From Acidobacteriota bacterium (GTDB taxonomy: Bacteria > Acidobacteriota > DATKUA01 > JAFGBY01): a DNA stretch of 52,269 bases. The stretch is taken from the NCBI GenBank assembly GCA_016932915.1, contig JAFGBY010000112.1, positions 1 to 52,269 of the forward strand, written 5' to 3'. The number at the start of each line of letters is the position of its first letter. Position 1 is the stretch's first letter. A program made the position numbers and the translations under genes. Shown here one piece after another: positions 40,901-50,033 of this stretch. The notes beneath the pieces are model-generated. The model was not told the origin of the DNA and ran no database searches. It saw only the letters and a program-made list of their open reading frames with translations.

Positions 40901-42190
40901 TTATTTGTTTTTGAATGCCCGGTTGATTCCTTTAATAGCGCAAAATTCACCGCACATCGAGCATACGCTTTCTTCACCAGATGGGACTTTCCCTTTGAAT
41001 TCGCGTGCCTTTTCTTCATCCATGGCAACTGAGAACATACCTTCCCAGTCTAACTCCCTGCGGTAGTTTGCCATACGATCATCAATTTCCCTCGCGCCGG
41101 GATATCCTTTGGCGATATCAGCCGCATGGGCGGCGATTCTCGAGGCAATTACGCCTTCCCTGACATCCTGAACGTCGGGAAGTTTCAGGTGTTCGGCTGG
41201 GGTTACGTAACAGAGGAAATCCGCTCCTGCCATCGCTGCAACAGCGCCTCCGATAGCGGATGTAATATGATCATAACCGGGTGCTATGTCAGTAACAATC
41301 GGCCCCAGGACATAAAACGGGGCATTGTTGCATAATGCCTTCTGGATTTTAATATTTGTTTCGACCTGGTTTAGGGGTACATGCCCTGGCCCTTCGATCA
41401 TCACCTGGACGCCAGCTTCCCTTGCTCTTTGCGCAAGTTGGCCGAGTACCATCAGTTCGTGGATCTGAGCCCTGTCAGTTGCATCTGCGAGGCAGCCGGG
41501 CCTGAGGCCATCGCCCAGAGAAAGTGTCATGTCATATTTGTGGGCGATTTCAAGCAATCTGTCGAAACCGGAATACAAAGGATTTTCCTTTTTATGGGCG
41601 ATCATCCATTCCGCAGTGAAACATCCACCGCGGCTCACGATGTTGGTGAGCCTGCCTTGCTCACGGAGGTGATTTACAGCATCCATGGTCAACCCACAAT
41701 GTACTGTGATGAAATCGACTCCGTCCTTGCCATGCTTTTCAATATTGTTAAAGAGGTCTTCGGGATCAAACTTGATCAGGCTTCTTTTCTTTCTGGCGTT
41801 CTCGATCATCGTTTCATAGATTGGTACAGTTCCGATTGCGACTGGTGAATGGGAGATTATTGTTTTTCTTATTTCATGGATATCTCCCCCAGTGCTCAAA
41901 TCCATTATTGCATCTGCGCCATACTTTACGGCTGTTTCCATTTTCTGGAGCTCTTCCTCCAGATCGATCTTATCCTGGGATGTGCCAATGTTGGCATTGA
42001 TTTTTACTCTGAGCCCCGAACCGATACCGATTATTTTTTTCAGGTCGTGACTGTTATTTTTAGGTATTACAACCTCTCCGGAAGCGACGAGATTCATTAT
42101 CTCTTCCGGTTTTTTATTTTCATCTTCTGCAACCTTTACGAATTCATCTCTTAACTCGCCTTTTATGGCTGCTTCTAAAAGCGTAGACAT
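40901..42190 (-). CDS. thiC: Phosphomethylpyrimidine synthase ThiC (short form)
   Basis: KINANIGTS, MDLSTGG, GTVPIY, SRGG, SLGDGLRPG, EGPGH, CYVTPAEHL, CSMCGEFC; adjacent to thiD. Confidence 0.93.
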   Translation of the reverse strand: MSTLLEAAIKGELRDEFVKVAEDENKKPEEIMNLVASGEVVIPKNNSHDLKKIIGIGSGLRVKINANIGTSQDKIDLEEELQKMETAVKYGADAIMDLSTGGDIHEIRKTIISHSPVAIGTVPIYETMIENARKKRSLIKFDPEDLFNNIEKHGKDGVDFITVHCGLTMDAVNHLREQGRLTNIVSRGGCFTAEWMIAHKKENPLYSGFDRLLEIAHKYDMTLSLGDGLRPGCLADATDRAQIHELMVLGQLAQRAREAGVQVMIEGPGHVPLNQVETNIKIQKALCNNAPFYVLGPIVTDIAPGYDHITSAIGGAVAAMAGADFLCYVTPAEHLKLPDVQDVREGVIASRIAAHAADIAKGYPGAREIDDRMANYRRELDWEGMFSVAMDEEKAREFKGKVPSGEESVCSMCGEFCAIKGINRAFKNK

Positions 42191-42220
42191 CCAATTAACT
42201 CCTAGGTATTGCCTTTTATA

Positions 42221-42466
42221 TCAATTCATATTGTTTCGTTCATTTTTGAAATACTCGATTATACCGTTAAACGCAACTACCAGTGTGAGTATTCCAAGTG
42301 TACTTACCAGGAGGCGAAAAGAATATGAAAGATATATCCGGGAACCGAGGTTTCTCATCGATGCAAATACCGATATATTCCATAGGTGCGACCACGGTGT
42401 GGCTATCAGAAAAACCGATAGCGCAAACCGGTAAGCGAAAAGAAACAGGTTTTTCCAGAAATTCAT
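42221..42466 (-). CDS. Small membrane protein (81 aa)
   Basis: SD GAGAGG before ATG 42466; two hydrophobic segments with a PWS.LW motif; fills the gap co-directionally between NUDIX and thiC. Confidence 0.6.
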   Translation of the reverse strand: MNFWKNLFLFAYRFALSVFLIATPWSHLWNISVFASMRNLGSRIYLSYSFRLLVSTLGILTLVVAFNGIIEYFKNERNNMN

Positions 42467-42565
42467 CCTCTCAACCTTCCTGTAACATGGACATGATAAC
42501 ATGTCATGCAAGCTGTTAAAAGTTCTTAATTTAGAGGAGAAAATGCTGTAGATGCATAGGAGTTA

Positions 42566-43033
42566 TTAATGGGAAAATTTGGCGGTAAAATACTCATGGA
42601 TTATATCTGCATGATCAAAAGCTATATCTTTGGGCAGGTTATCCCTGGTGAAAATCTGTACATTTACGGCATCGTCTCCCGCTTCAGGTTTTCCCTTTGC
42701 TGTGGCGATAAAAACTGTCGTTATTGTATGAAACCTTGGGTCCCTTCCCGGTTTGCTGTAAACACCTAGCAGACCTTTGAGTGTAATTTCCAGTCCAGTT
42801 TCTTCTTTGGCTTCCCTGATTGCGGTATTTTCAACTGATTCGCCGTAATCTACAAAACCACCGGGTAATGCCCAGCCATATGGTGGATTTTTTCTTTCGA
42901 TTAGGAGAAGGTTATCCGGTTCGGGTTGATCTTCAAGACGAATTATAATATCCACGGTAGGGTAGGGATTCCGATATTTTAATACAACCTCGCCACACCG
43001 GGGGCAGATTATAGGTCCTTTATCATCACTCAT
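42566..43033 (-). CDS. NUDIX hydrolase (ADP-ribose pyrophosphatase-like, N-terminal CPRC)
   Basis: Nudix box [23 protein letters not shown]; RDPR; FDH; start ATG 43033 overlaps the mltG end. Confidence 0.9.
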   Translation of the reverse strand: MSDDKGPIICPRCGEVVLKYRNPYPTVDIIIRLEDQPEPDNLLLIERKNPPYGWALPGGFVDYGESVENTAIREAKEETGLEITLKGLLGVYSKPGRDPRFHTITTVFIATAKGKPEAGDDAVNVQIFTRDNLPKDIAFDHADIIHEYFTAKFSH

Positions 43034-44105
43034 TTTGTCCGCCCTGAGTTTTTTCCTGTTTTTCTTTAAGCCATTTATCTTGCCAGTACTTTTTCTGCCA
43101 GATGTATACCGCTTTGTTATGTTCTGCTGAAGTCGCGGAGAACTGATGGCTTCCGTCGTTCTTTGATACATAATAGATGTATTTCGTATCATCCGGTGTA
43201 CATGCCGCTGACAGCGAATGCAGACCTGGGTTACCAATCGGCCCTGGAGGTAATCCCCTGTATTTATAAGTGTTATACGGGGAATCAAGCTGCTTATGCG
43301 CTCGTTTTAAATTACCGTCATAAGCACCATCCATTTTAAGTGCATAAATGATCGTTGGGTCGATTTGAAGTCCCATCCCAATTTTTAGACGGTTATAAAT
43401 TACTGAAGAGACTATCGCTCTTTCGCTGTCCAGGGATGTCTCCTTCTCGATCAGCGAGGCTATGATGACCAGTTCGCGTGGAGTATATTTAGCTTTTTCT
43501 GCTGAAGAACGGATGTGTTGTTCGTACTTTTCTTTAAAGTTCGAGACCATCATCCCAAGTATTTCCTCTGCGTTCATCGATCTGGAGACCAGGTATGTAT
43601 CAGGGAAAAGATAACCTTCAAGAGTCTCAGCATCCGGTGAGAACTCACTTATGAGTTTTGTGTTTCTGATAGCGGCTGATATCTCTTCATCCGTTGCCAG
43701 TTCCATTCCAGTAATCTTTTCAGAGATATCAAAAATATCCTCGCCTTCGATAACTGTCAGTTTGTGATAATAAATATCGCCACGCATGAATTTTTCATAA
43801 ACATCGGCAGCGCTCATCGGTATATCAAAGAGATATTCACCGGCTTTGAAATTATTTTCGCCCCCTTTGAGTTTTAACAATATTTTAATCCCACTCCGGT
43901 TTTTAAGAATACCCTCCTTGCAGAGTACATTGATAATTGAGTCTACCGGCATGCCTTTTTCTATCAGGATAATCCGGGAATCTTCGGTATATCCTTTGTA
44001 TTCGGAATAAATCAGTGAATGGACAAATAGCCATCCGACGATCAGAAGGCAGAGAAAGAGCAAAACAATTGCTAAAACAATGCCTTTTAGTTTTTTATTC
44101 TTCAT
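43026..44105 (-). CDS. mltG: Endolytic transglycosylase MltG
   Basis: [41 protein letters not shown]. Confidence 0.96.
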   Translation of the reverse strand: MKNKKLKGIVLAIVLLFLCLLIVGWLFVHSLIYSEYKGYTEDSRIILIEKGMPVDSIINVLCKEGILKNRSGIKILLKLKGGENNFKAGEYLFDIPMSAADVYEKFMRGDIYYHKLTVIEGEDIFDISEKITGMELATDEEISAAIRNTKLISEFSPDAETLEGYLFPDTYLVSRSMNAEEILGMMVSNFKEKYEQHIRSSAEKAKYTPRELVIIASLIEKETSLDSERAIVSSVIYNRLKIGMGLQIDPTIIYALKMDGAYDGNLKRAHKQLDSPYNTYKYRGLPPGPIGNPGLHSLSAACTPDDTKYIYYVSKNDGSHQFSATSAEHNKAVYIWQKKYWQDKWLKEKQEKTQGGQNE

Positions 44106-44566
44106 TCCTTTACTTCATGCTTGAGGCTTTTCATACTGTTTATAAAATCCAGGTAGCTCTGTAGCATAATGGAAGCGGCCAGTTTATCTATATTTTTCTT
44201 TCGCTCTTTACGTGTGGCACCACCTTGAAGCATAACTTTTTCGGCCTGCGCGCTACTCAAACGTTCATCCCAGGTAATGATCTCCAATTGGGGATGTTTT
44301 TCCTGGAGTATCTTGACGAATTCCGAGACTTCCTGGCCCATCATACTAATTGTATCCCGTAAGGTGATGGGGATTCCAACGACTATCTTATGCACGGATT
44401 TATCTTCGATTACTTTATTTATGTGTGCAAAGAGATCATCTTTATTTTTGTATTCAACTGTTTCAAAAGGTTGCGCGGTTAGGAGTAGTGGATCGCTCAG
44501 GCTAAGCCCAACCCTTTTCTGGCCATAATCGATACCTAGAATTCTATATGAAGAATCAGAAGGCAT
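44102..44566 (-). CDS. ruvX: Holliday-junction-resolvase-like / pre-16S rRNA nuclease YqgF
   Basis: LGIDYGQKRVGLSLSD, VVGIP, WDERLSS, IDKLAASIMLQSYLD. Confidence 0.95.
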   Translation of the reverse strand: MPSDSSYRILGIDYGQKRVGLSLSDPLLLTAQPFETVEYKNKDDLFAHINKVIEDKSVHKIVVGIPITLRDTISMMGQEVSEFVKILQEKHPQLEIITWDERLSSAQAEKVMLQGGATRKERKKNIDKLAASIMLQSYLDFINSMKSLKHEVKE

Positions 44567-44580
44567 TTTTCTCCTGATAT

Positions 44581-45396
44581 CTATTCCCTGGATTCAGGGG
44601 TGTTTTTATATTTAGCTTTATATTCTTTTATCTTAGATTCAAGTTCAGATAAGTCTGGCATATCTTTTTTTGATACTTTTTCCAGCTCAGCTTCTATTTT
44701 TGTGATTGCAGCTCTTACTTCATCACCATTACCTTCAGCATTTAAGATATCCAGATATAATCCAAGGAAACTATACCTATACTCAGGACTGTCGACAAGT
44801 TCAAGTGCTTTCTCTATGCGGCCTTTTGCTGCAGTTACTTTATTTGTGCTAAAATAAAAATCAGCAATATAAGCTTCATGCCTACCAAGTTGATTCCTGG
44901 CTTCACTATAAATCTCTTTAACTTCATCCATATATTTGCTGTTTGGATATTTCTTTAGGAAGATATCGAGCTCTTGCAGGGTTCTCCTAGTTTCTCCTTG
45001 ATCATTTTTTATGCTTCTTATCCGTTTCCAGTGGCAGAGAGCAATCTGTTTTTGAACATAATCAAGGTTTTCGGCGGTTGGATAAAGAGTGATGTAAGCT
45101 TTATATTCAGCTTCGGCTTCTATAAAAACACTTCTCATGTTTCTACTGAACATTGCATCGGCTCTTTTAAGACGAACCTGTTTGTAATAGACGGAGTTCG
45201 GGAAATTTGTTTCAAAAGTGTTGAATACTGATATTGCATCCACCCAGTCTTCGTCTTCCATATATTTGAGGCCTGCGTTGAACAGTGCTTTATCGCCAAG
45301 TTCAGGGCCTTCCTGACCGGCTTGCGTCCCGCAGCTGATCATCGTTATCAGCATTATGATAGATGTGATAATTATCGCGGCATTGATTCTCTTCAT
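44581..45396 (-). CDS. bamD: Outer membrane protein assembly factor BamD (lipoprotein)
   Basis: Lipobox ISC; TPR-like helices; FPNS, YPNSKY, HEAYIADFY. Confidence 0.82.
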   Translation of the reverse strand: MKRINAAIIITSIIMLITMISCGTQAGQEGPELGDKALFNAGLKYMEDEDWVDAISVFNTFETNFPNSVYYKQVRLKRADAMFSRNMRSVFIEAEAEYKAYITLYPTAENLDYVQKQIALCHWKRIRSIKNDQGETRRTLQELDIFLKKYPNSKYMDEVKEIYSEARNQLGRHEAYIADFYFSTNKVTAAKGRIEKALELVDSPEYRYSFLGLYLDILNAEGNGDEVRAAITKIEAELEKVSKKDMPDLSELESKIKEYKAKYKNTPESRE

Positions 45397-46358
45397 TATT
45401 TTATCTCCTCAGACTCTTTTTTGATCCATTCCCATTCGTTTTTCAAACCCTGATCCAGATTGAATGCAGGTTTATAATTTAGATCTCTCGCGGCCCTGTT
45501 GAAATCAGCATAAGTGTGGGTCATTTCTCCTTTTTGTGCCGGAATATGTTTGATCTTGATATCTTTCCCCACTATATCGCCAAGTTTATTTAGGAGTTCG
45601 TTCAGGGATATTCTGTTCCCCCCCCCGATGTTGTAGATTTCACCAGGTTTACCTTCATGTGCTGCGTTGAGGAACGCTGTAACTACATCTTCGACATATG
45701 TAAAATCCCTTGTCTGCTCTCCATCACCATAGATTTCTATCTCTTTATCACTCAAAATATGTTTCATGAATTTATTGAAAGCCATGTCAGGCCGTTGTCT
45801 TGGACCATAGACCGTAAACAGCCTCAGTGAGACAGTTGGTACTTTAAAAGCCTTGTAATATAGAAATGCCAGGTTTTCTGCAGCAAGTTTAGTCACGCCA
45901 TATGGAGAGACAGGTTGAATAAACTGATCTTCTTTCATGGGTAGTTCCGGAGTTTCGCCATAAACCGATGAGGAAGATGCGTATACAAATTTTTTAATGT
46001 TTTTGTTCCTTAAGGCTTCCAAGAGCTTCTGAGTCAGCCTGATGTTCTGATGGATATATACTTCAAACTCTTCACCCCAGCTACGCCTGACTCCCGGTTG
46101 TGCGGCAAGATGAATTATATATTCAATTCCTTCAAGTATTTTTTCGAGATCCGCTTCTACAAGGTCGGCTTCTATAAATTCAAAATTTTCATTCTTTAGA
46201 GCTTCCGAGATGTTTTTACGTTTTCGCTCCAGTGGATAATAATCACTAAAACAGTCCACGCCTTTAACCGCTTTACCCTCACTCAGCAGTCTGTCGCATA
46301 TTGTTGAACCCAGGAAGCCGGCAGCTCCGGTCACCAGGTATTTTGCGCTCTCTCTCAC
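45396..46358 (-). CDS. NAD-dependent nucleotide-sugar epimerase/dehydratase (UDP-glucuronate/UDP-glucose 4-epimerase-like)
   Basis: TGAAGFLG, HLAAQPGVR, SSSSVYG, SPYGVTK, GPRQRPDM, RDFTYV; GTG start. Confidence 0.92.
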   Translation of the reverse strand: MRESAKYLVTGAAGFLGSTICDRLLSEGKAVKGVDCFSDYYPLERKRKNISEALKNENFEFIEADLVEADLEKILEGIEYIIHLAAQPGVRRSWGEEFEVYIHQNIRLTQKLLEALRNKNIKKFVYASSSSVYGETPELPMKEDQFIQPVSPYGVTKLAAENLAFLYYKAFKVPTVSLRLFTVYGPRQRPDMAFNKFMKHILSDKEIEIYGDGEQTRDFTYVEDVVTAFLNAAHEGKPGEIYNIGGGNRISLNELLNKLGDIVGKDIKIKHIPAQKGEMTHTYADFNRAARDLNYKPAFNLDQGLKNEWEWIKKESEEIK

Positions 46359-46777
46359 TTATCAATCTCCATTCTACTCTCAATCTCTTTTATGTTCAGT
46401 TTCCTATCCCCTTCAAACAAGGAATGAACAGTATATCCGGTTGCAAGGATTTTGCCATGATTTAAGTCTGTGATTGTGTAATTAAACCTTATTTTATCAT
46501 CTTTTATAAACCGCAGCTCCGCATTTGTGACAGCGCTATCGTCATATTGGCATAGAAGAGGTTCTGTGATCTCAAAAGACATTTGTTCGATTCGAAGACC
46601 AATGGAACCGTCTTTTAAAGAATTCATTAATTTCTTAAATTTTTTAAAACACTCGGTGCGGGCAGCATCAAACCAGAAGAGGATTACTTTTTCGTTGAAA
46701 TACCCGCTTGTATCTGTTTCATGGTAGCGTATATTCTGTTGGATGGATTCTGTTATAATCGGGGTCAGGTCCTGCAT
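46355..46777 (-). CDS. Hot-dog fold acyl-CoA thioesterase (YbgC/4HBT-like, divergent)
   Basis: IRYHETDTSG..WFDAART, YDD, ATGYTVH. Confidence 0.7.
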   Translation of the reverse strand: MQDLTPIITESIQQNIRYHETDTSGYFNEKVILFWFDAARTECFKKFKKLMNSLKDGSIGLRIEQMSFEITEPLLCQYDDSAVTNAELRFIKDDKIRFNYTITDLNHGKILATGYTVHSLFEGDRKLNIKEIESRMEIDK

Positions 46778-47424
46778 TTTTCCCTCATTGCACTGATTGT
46801 TGTATTCGGGTTTTCGGTTTTAAAGATACCTGATCCTGATACAATCATCGTTGCCCCGGCATTATAAACAATATCGATATTATCCAGTGTTACTCCACCG
46901 TCGATTTCAATAATTACCTCTGGCTTTAATCTTTCAGTCATTTTTACAAGAGCTTCAATTTTCCTCAGAGAATTAGGAATGAATTTCTGTCCTCCGAAAC
47001 CGGGGTTAACAGACATGAGAAGAATATAATCCAGGTATTCAATAGCATATTCTATTGTTTCCAGAGCCGTGGCCGGATTGAGTACAACCCCGGCCTTTGC
47101 ACCTCTTTCTTTTATTCGAGTGAGCGATCGCTGTAGGTGAATGGAAGCTTCCTGATGAATTGATAGCCAATCCGCACCAGCATCAATAAAAGCGTCAATA
47201 TATTTTTCCGGTTCTACTATCATCAAGTGCACATCAAGAGGTTTATCGGATATTTTTTTTAATGTCTTCACTATAAGTGGGCCGTATGTAATATTGGGGA
47301 CGAAACGCCCGTCCATCACGTCGACATGTAATAAATCCGCCTCCGATATTTTTTCTAAAGAAGCAGTGAGGTTTGCAAAATCTGCTGACAGGATTGATGG
47401 TGCAATTAATAATTCTTTGCTCAT
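46765..47424 (-). CDS. rpe: Ribulose-phosphate 3-epimerase
   Basis: IAPSILSADF, HVDVMDGRFVPN, DVHLM, MSVNPGFGGQ, IDGG. Confidence 0.98.
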   Translation of the reverse strand: MSKELLIAPSILSADFANLTASLEKISEADLLHVDVMDGRFVPNITYGPLIVKTLKKISDKPLDVHLMIVEPEKYIDAFIDAGADWLSIHQEASIHLQRSLTRIKERGAKAGVVLNPATALETIEYAIEYLDYILLMSVNPGFGGQKFIPNSLRKIEALVKMTERLKPEVIIEIDGGVTLDNIDIVYNAGATMIVSGSGIFKTENPNTTISAMREKCRT

Positions 47425-47425
47425 T

Positions 47426-48289
47426 TTATTCGCTGACCCATAGATTAATAATGTCAGTTTTACTTACCGAGTAACCAGCTTTTGGAAATTGCATTATTAT
47501 TGTATCTTTTTTTGCTCCTGGATAATACCTGTGGAATGTATTGCCTATCCGGAATCCGTTTGCGCTTAGCTGGTTTGTTACCATGTCGTAATCCTTACCG
47601 ATCAGATCCGGCATGACAAAAAACTTTTCCCCAGGTCCAAGAGACACAAGAATGTTTACCCGGCTTCCCCTGATTAACTCGCTGCCCTGGGCAGGTTCCT
47701 GGGCGATTATATTGTTCATCACGACAAATTCACTATGAACCTGTGATATCATATGCAGGTTTAGTCCTCGGTCAGAGAAGACAGCGGAAGCGTTTCTTGC
47801 GCTCTGACCTATCATCGACGGTACGGTTATCAATCTTGTTCCAGCGCTAAGGACAACTTTTACCGAATTGTTTCGTTTAACCGAAGTCCCGGACTCAGGC
47901 TGCTGTTGAATGATTTTTCCTTCTTCGATTCCTTTGGAATATTGTCTTTTTTCATCTATTTTAAGTTTGAGGTCAAGCTCCGTGAGGACTTCCACAGCTT
48001 CAGTCGTTGTCATCCCTTCGAGGTCCGGTATCCTGACTTCTTCTCCCTTGATTGTCATAACCATAGTAATATATGCAGCAATAGATGTCACAAGTATCAG
48101 CCCGAAGAGTATGGCAGTAGTCGATATCAGGCGCCATAACCATTTCCGTTTCTGAAGTTTGATAAGAAATCCGGGTTTCTTTGAGCCGAACACCGTTTCT
48201 TCGCTGTCACGGTGTCTCAGGGAACGGATAAAATGTTTTATCTTTTGAATTATATTTCCAAAACTTATCGGAAGCTTAACCCTGATCAA
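47426..48289 (-). CDS. PASTA-domain membrane protein (three PASTA repeats)
   Basis: One TM then IPDLEG, VPSMIG, MPDLIG repeats with IIxQxP motifs; TTG start after AGGAG. Confidence 0.88.
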   Translation of the reverse strand: MIRVKLPISFGNIIQKIKHFIRSLRHRDSEETVFGSKKPGFLIKLQKRKWLWRLISTTAILFGLILVTSIAAYITMVMTIKGEEVRIPDLEGMTTTEAVEVLTELDLKLKIDEKRQYSKGIEEGKIIQQQPESGTSVKRNNSVKVVLSAGTRLITVPSMIGQSARNASAVFSDRGLNLHMISQVHSEFVVMNNIIAQEPAQGSELIRGSRVNILVSLGPGEKFFVMPDLIGKDYDMVTNQLSANGFRIGNTFHRYYPGAKKDTIIMQFPKAGYSVSKTDIINLWVSE

Positions 48290-48313
48290 TTTTAACTCCT
48301 TTTAAGAAAGAAA

Positions 48314-48347
48314 AGATTATCATAGTGACTGTTTGCATGCAAACAGT
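48314..48347 (-). promoter_or_regulatory. Putative sigma70 promoter overlapped by a perfect 20-bp palindrome
   Basis: TTGCAT(48342-37)-N17-TAATCT(48319-14) with extended TG; palindrome ACTGTTTGCATGCAAACAGT at 48328-48347. Confidence 0.55.
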
Positions 48348-48403
48348 TTGGATGTATCATGGTCTTGAGTATGGTAATTAATTCGGATTATTAATAATGA
48401 GAT

Positions 48404-49210
48404 TTAATGGAGAGTTTCATCGGATTTTAGTAAGGGAAGCATTGATGGATCGATAACCAGGATGATCGACCCGAGTATCTTTCCAAGTTCATCTGTAAAC
48501 GGTACGATTCTTGATGGAATTTTAAGCTGCCGGATATTCCCTGAAGGTGCTTGAAAGCTTATAAATGTATTAACAGGTGATGCTCCGGTAAGTGATTTTT
48601 CTAATTTACTCTTAAGATCACCATCAGGGACTTCTAAAATTTCCCAGGCAAATTTACCAATTGCCATCTCATCTTTGATGCCGCAGATTTTTTGAATCTG
48701 TTTGCTCCACATCAGAATTCTGCCGGTATCATCAATAACACAAAATCCTTCAAACATATTCGATACGATGTTGTTATTGAAGCTTTTAGTGTATTCAAGG
48801 TCTTTGAATGTATCGAACTTCCTGACGGAGTTTTTAACGGCGTTAATTAATTTTGTAAAATAAGCAAAACCAACATCTTTAGTGAAATAATCATCAACAC
48901 CGTTTAAAAATGCTTCTCTGGCAAGTTCCTCATTACCTTGACCGGTAAGAAAAATGAAAGGTTTATGGACTCCACGCCTTCTGAGTTCCTTAAAAAATTC
49001 AAGGCCATTCATACCGGGACTCATTTCATAATCCGATACGATACAATCGACTTCCAGTTTTGGTAGTGTTTCGAGCGCTCCTTCTGCAGAGCTGGCTATT
49101 ATCACCATCAAACTTGGATCTTCCGATTCAAGTTTACTTTTGGTAAGAAAAAGATGATCTTCAGAATCATCCACAAGCAGAAGGTTTAATTTTGATTTTT
49201 GTGATGACAT
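48404..49210 (-). CDS. Response regulator: receiver domain plus PAS domain, no output domain
   Basis: LLVDD, phospho-Asp in DCIVSDY, FLTG, YFTK; C-terminal PAS (EGFCVIDDTGRILMWS..AIGK). Confidence 0.85.
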   Translation of the reverse strand: MSSQKSKLNLLLVDDSEDHLFLTKSKLESEDPSLMVIIASSAEGALETLPKLEVDCIVSDYEMSPGMNGLEFFKELRRRGVHKPFIFLTGQGNEELAREAFLNGVDDYFTKDVGFAYFTKLINAVKNSVRKFDTFKDLEYTKSFNNNIVSNMFEGFCVIDDTGRILMWSKQIQKICGIKDEMAIGKFAWEILEVPDGDLKSKLEKSLTGASPVNTFISFQAPSGNIRQLKIPSRIVPFTDELGKILGSIILVIDPSMLPLLKSDETLH

Positions 49211-49269
49211 CTTTACTATATTTTCACTACCTAGTATTTATGAATAATACCACCTCACCGGCTAGTAAT

Positions 49270-49298
49270 ATTATAGAACCCTGGTTGGCCTTTTTCAA
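49270..49298 (-). promoter_or_regulatory. Putative sigma70 promoter for REC-PAS gene
   Basis: TTGAAA-N17-TATAAT. Confidence 0.6.
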
Positions 49299-49348
49299 GT
49301 TTTATATAAAAGTTATCTTTAAGTAATAATTCTTTAAAACAAACAACA

Positions 49349-49377
49349 TTGCATATTTATTGTTGTGGTTATATAAT
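49349..49377 (+). promoter_or_regulatory. Putative sigma70 promoter for the hypothetical gene
   Basis: TTGCAT-N17-TATAAT. Confidence 0.6.
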
Positions 49378-49424
49378 TGATATAAGTATATTACTTCAAA
49401 ACTAAAATAAGATTGGAGGTAAAA

Positions 49425-49928
49425 ATGATACGCGCGAACGTCTTCTGGTGTTTGTTACTCTGTGTCCTGACATTAATTCTCAGCCTGCAATTCATTATAC
49501 CGCAGGAACGCGAAACAGCGATAATCCAGATGACCGAATTAGTAAAACTTTTCAATTTATTGAGTAATCTGGAATTATCTATTGCCAAGCATGAATGGAG
49601 TATAATTTTTTCAGCATTTCTGGATCCTGCATATGCTGAAACATTAAAAGCCGGTAATAAATGGCAAGATCTGGAATGGGTTTCAAAGGCATTTTATCCG
49701 GAATTTGCTCCGGCCACTCCAGATGAATCACAGAAAAGAGCAAATAGTATTACAACTCTTAAGCATTTTTTATCCGATGTGAAAATCTATAAACAGGATG
49801 GTTGCGATTTTTACGTTATATTATCAGGTATCCGGACGATTGAATTTGACCTGGGTAAAAAATATATTCCTTTTGAAACAGCCTTTTGCTTGAAAAATAA
49901 TAACTGGCTGATACAGATACCTCAATAG
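49425..49928 (+). CDS. Hypothetical exported/membrane-anchored protein
   Basis: SD GGAGGT before ATG 49425; N-terminal hydrophobic segment; own promoter. Confidence 0.65.
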   Translation: MIRANVFWCLLLCVLTLILSLQFIIPQERETAIIQMTELVKLFNLLSNLELSIAKHEWSIIFSAFLDPAYAETLKAGNKWQDLEWVSKAFYPEFAPATPDESQKRANSITTLKHFLSDVKIYKQDGCDFYVILSGIRTIEFDLGKKYIPFETAFCLKNNNWLIQIPQ

Positions 49929-49977
49929 ATATTTAATGAATTCAATCTAATCCCCAGTAATAGAATAAAATTCGTTC

Positions 49978-50006
49978 TTGGCAATATGTGCGCCGGGTAA
50001 TATAAT
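49978..50006 (+). promoter_or_regulatory. Putative sigma70 promoter for serS-murB
   Basis: TTGGCA-N17-TATAAT. Confidence 0.6.
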
Positions 50007-50033
50007 TATGCCCCTGGAAGGGAATAAATTGTT

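Noticed and set aside
40901-42190. BzaA/B/F (cobamide lower-ligand) instead of ThiC
   Set aside because: The adjacent thiD and absence of cobalamin genes favour ThiC, though only a phylogeny would be decisive.
43034-43288. 85-aa N-terminal extension of the NUDIX ORF
   Set aside because: Lies in an alternative frame of mltG; NUDIX homology starts at ATG 43033.
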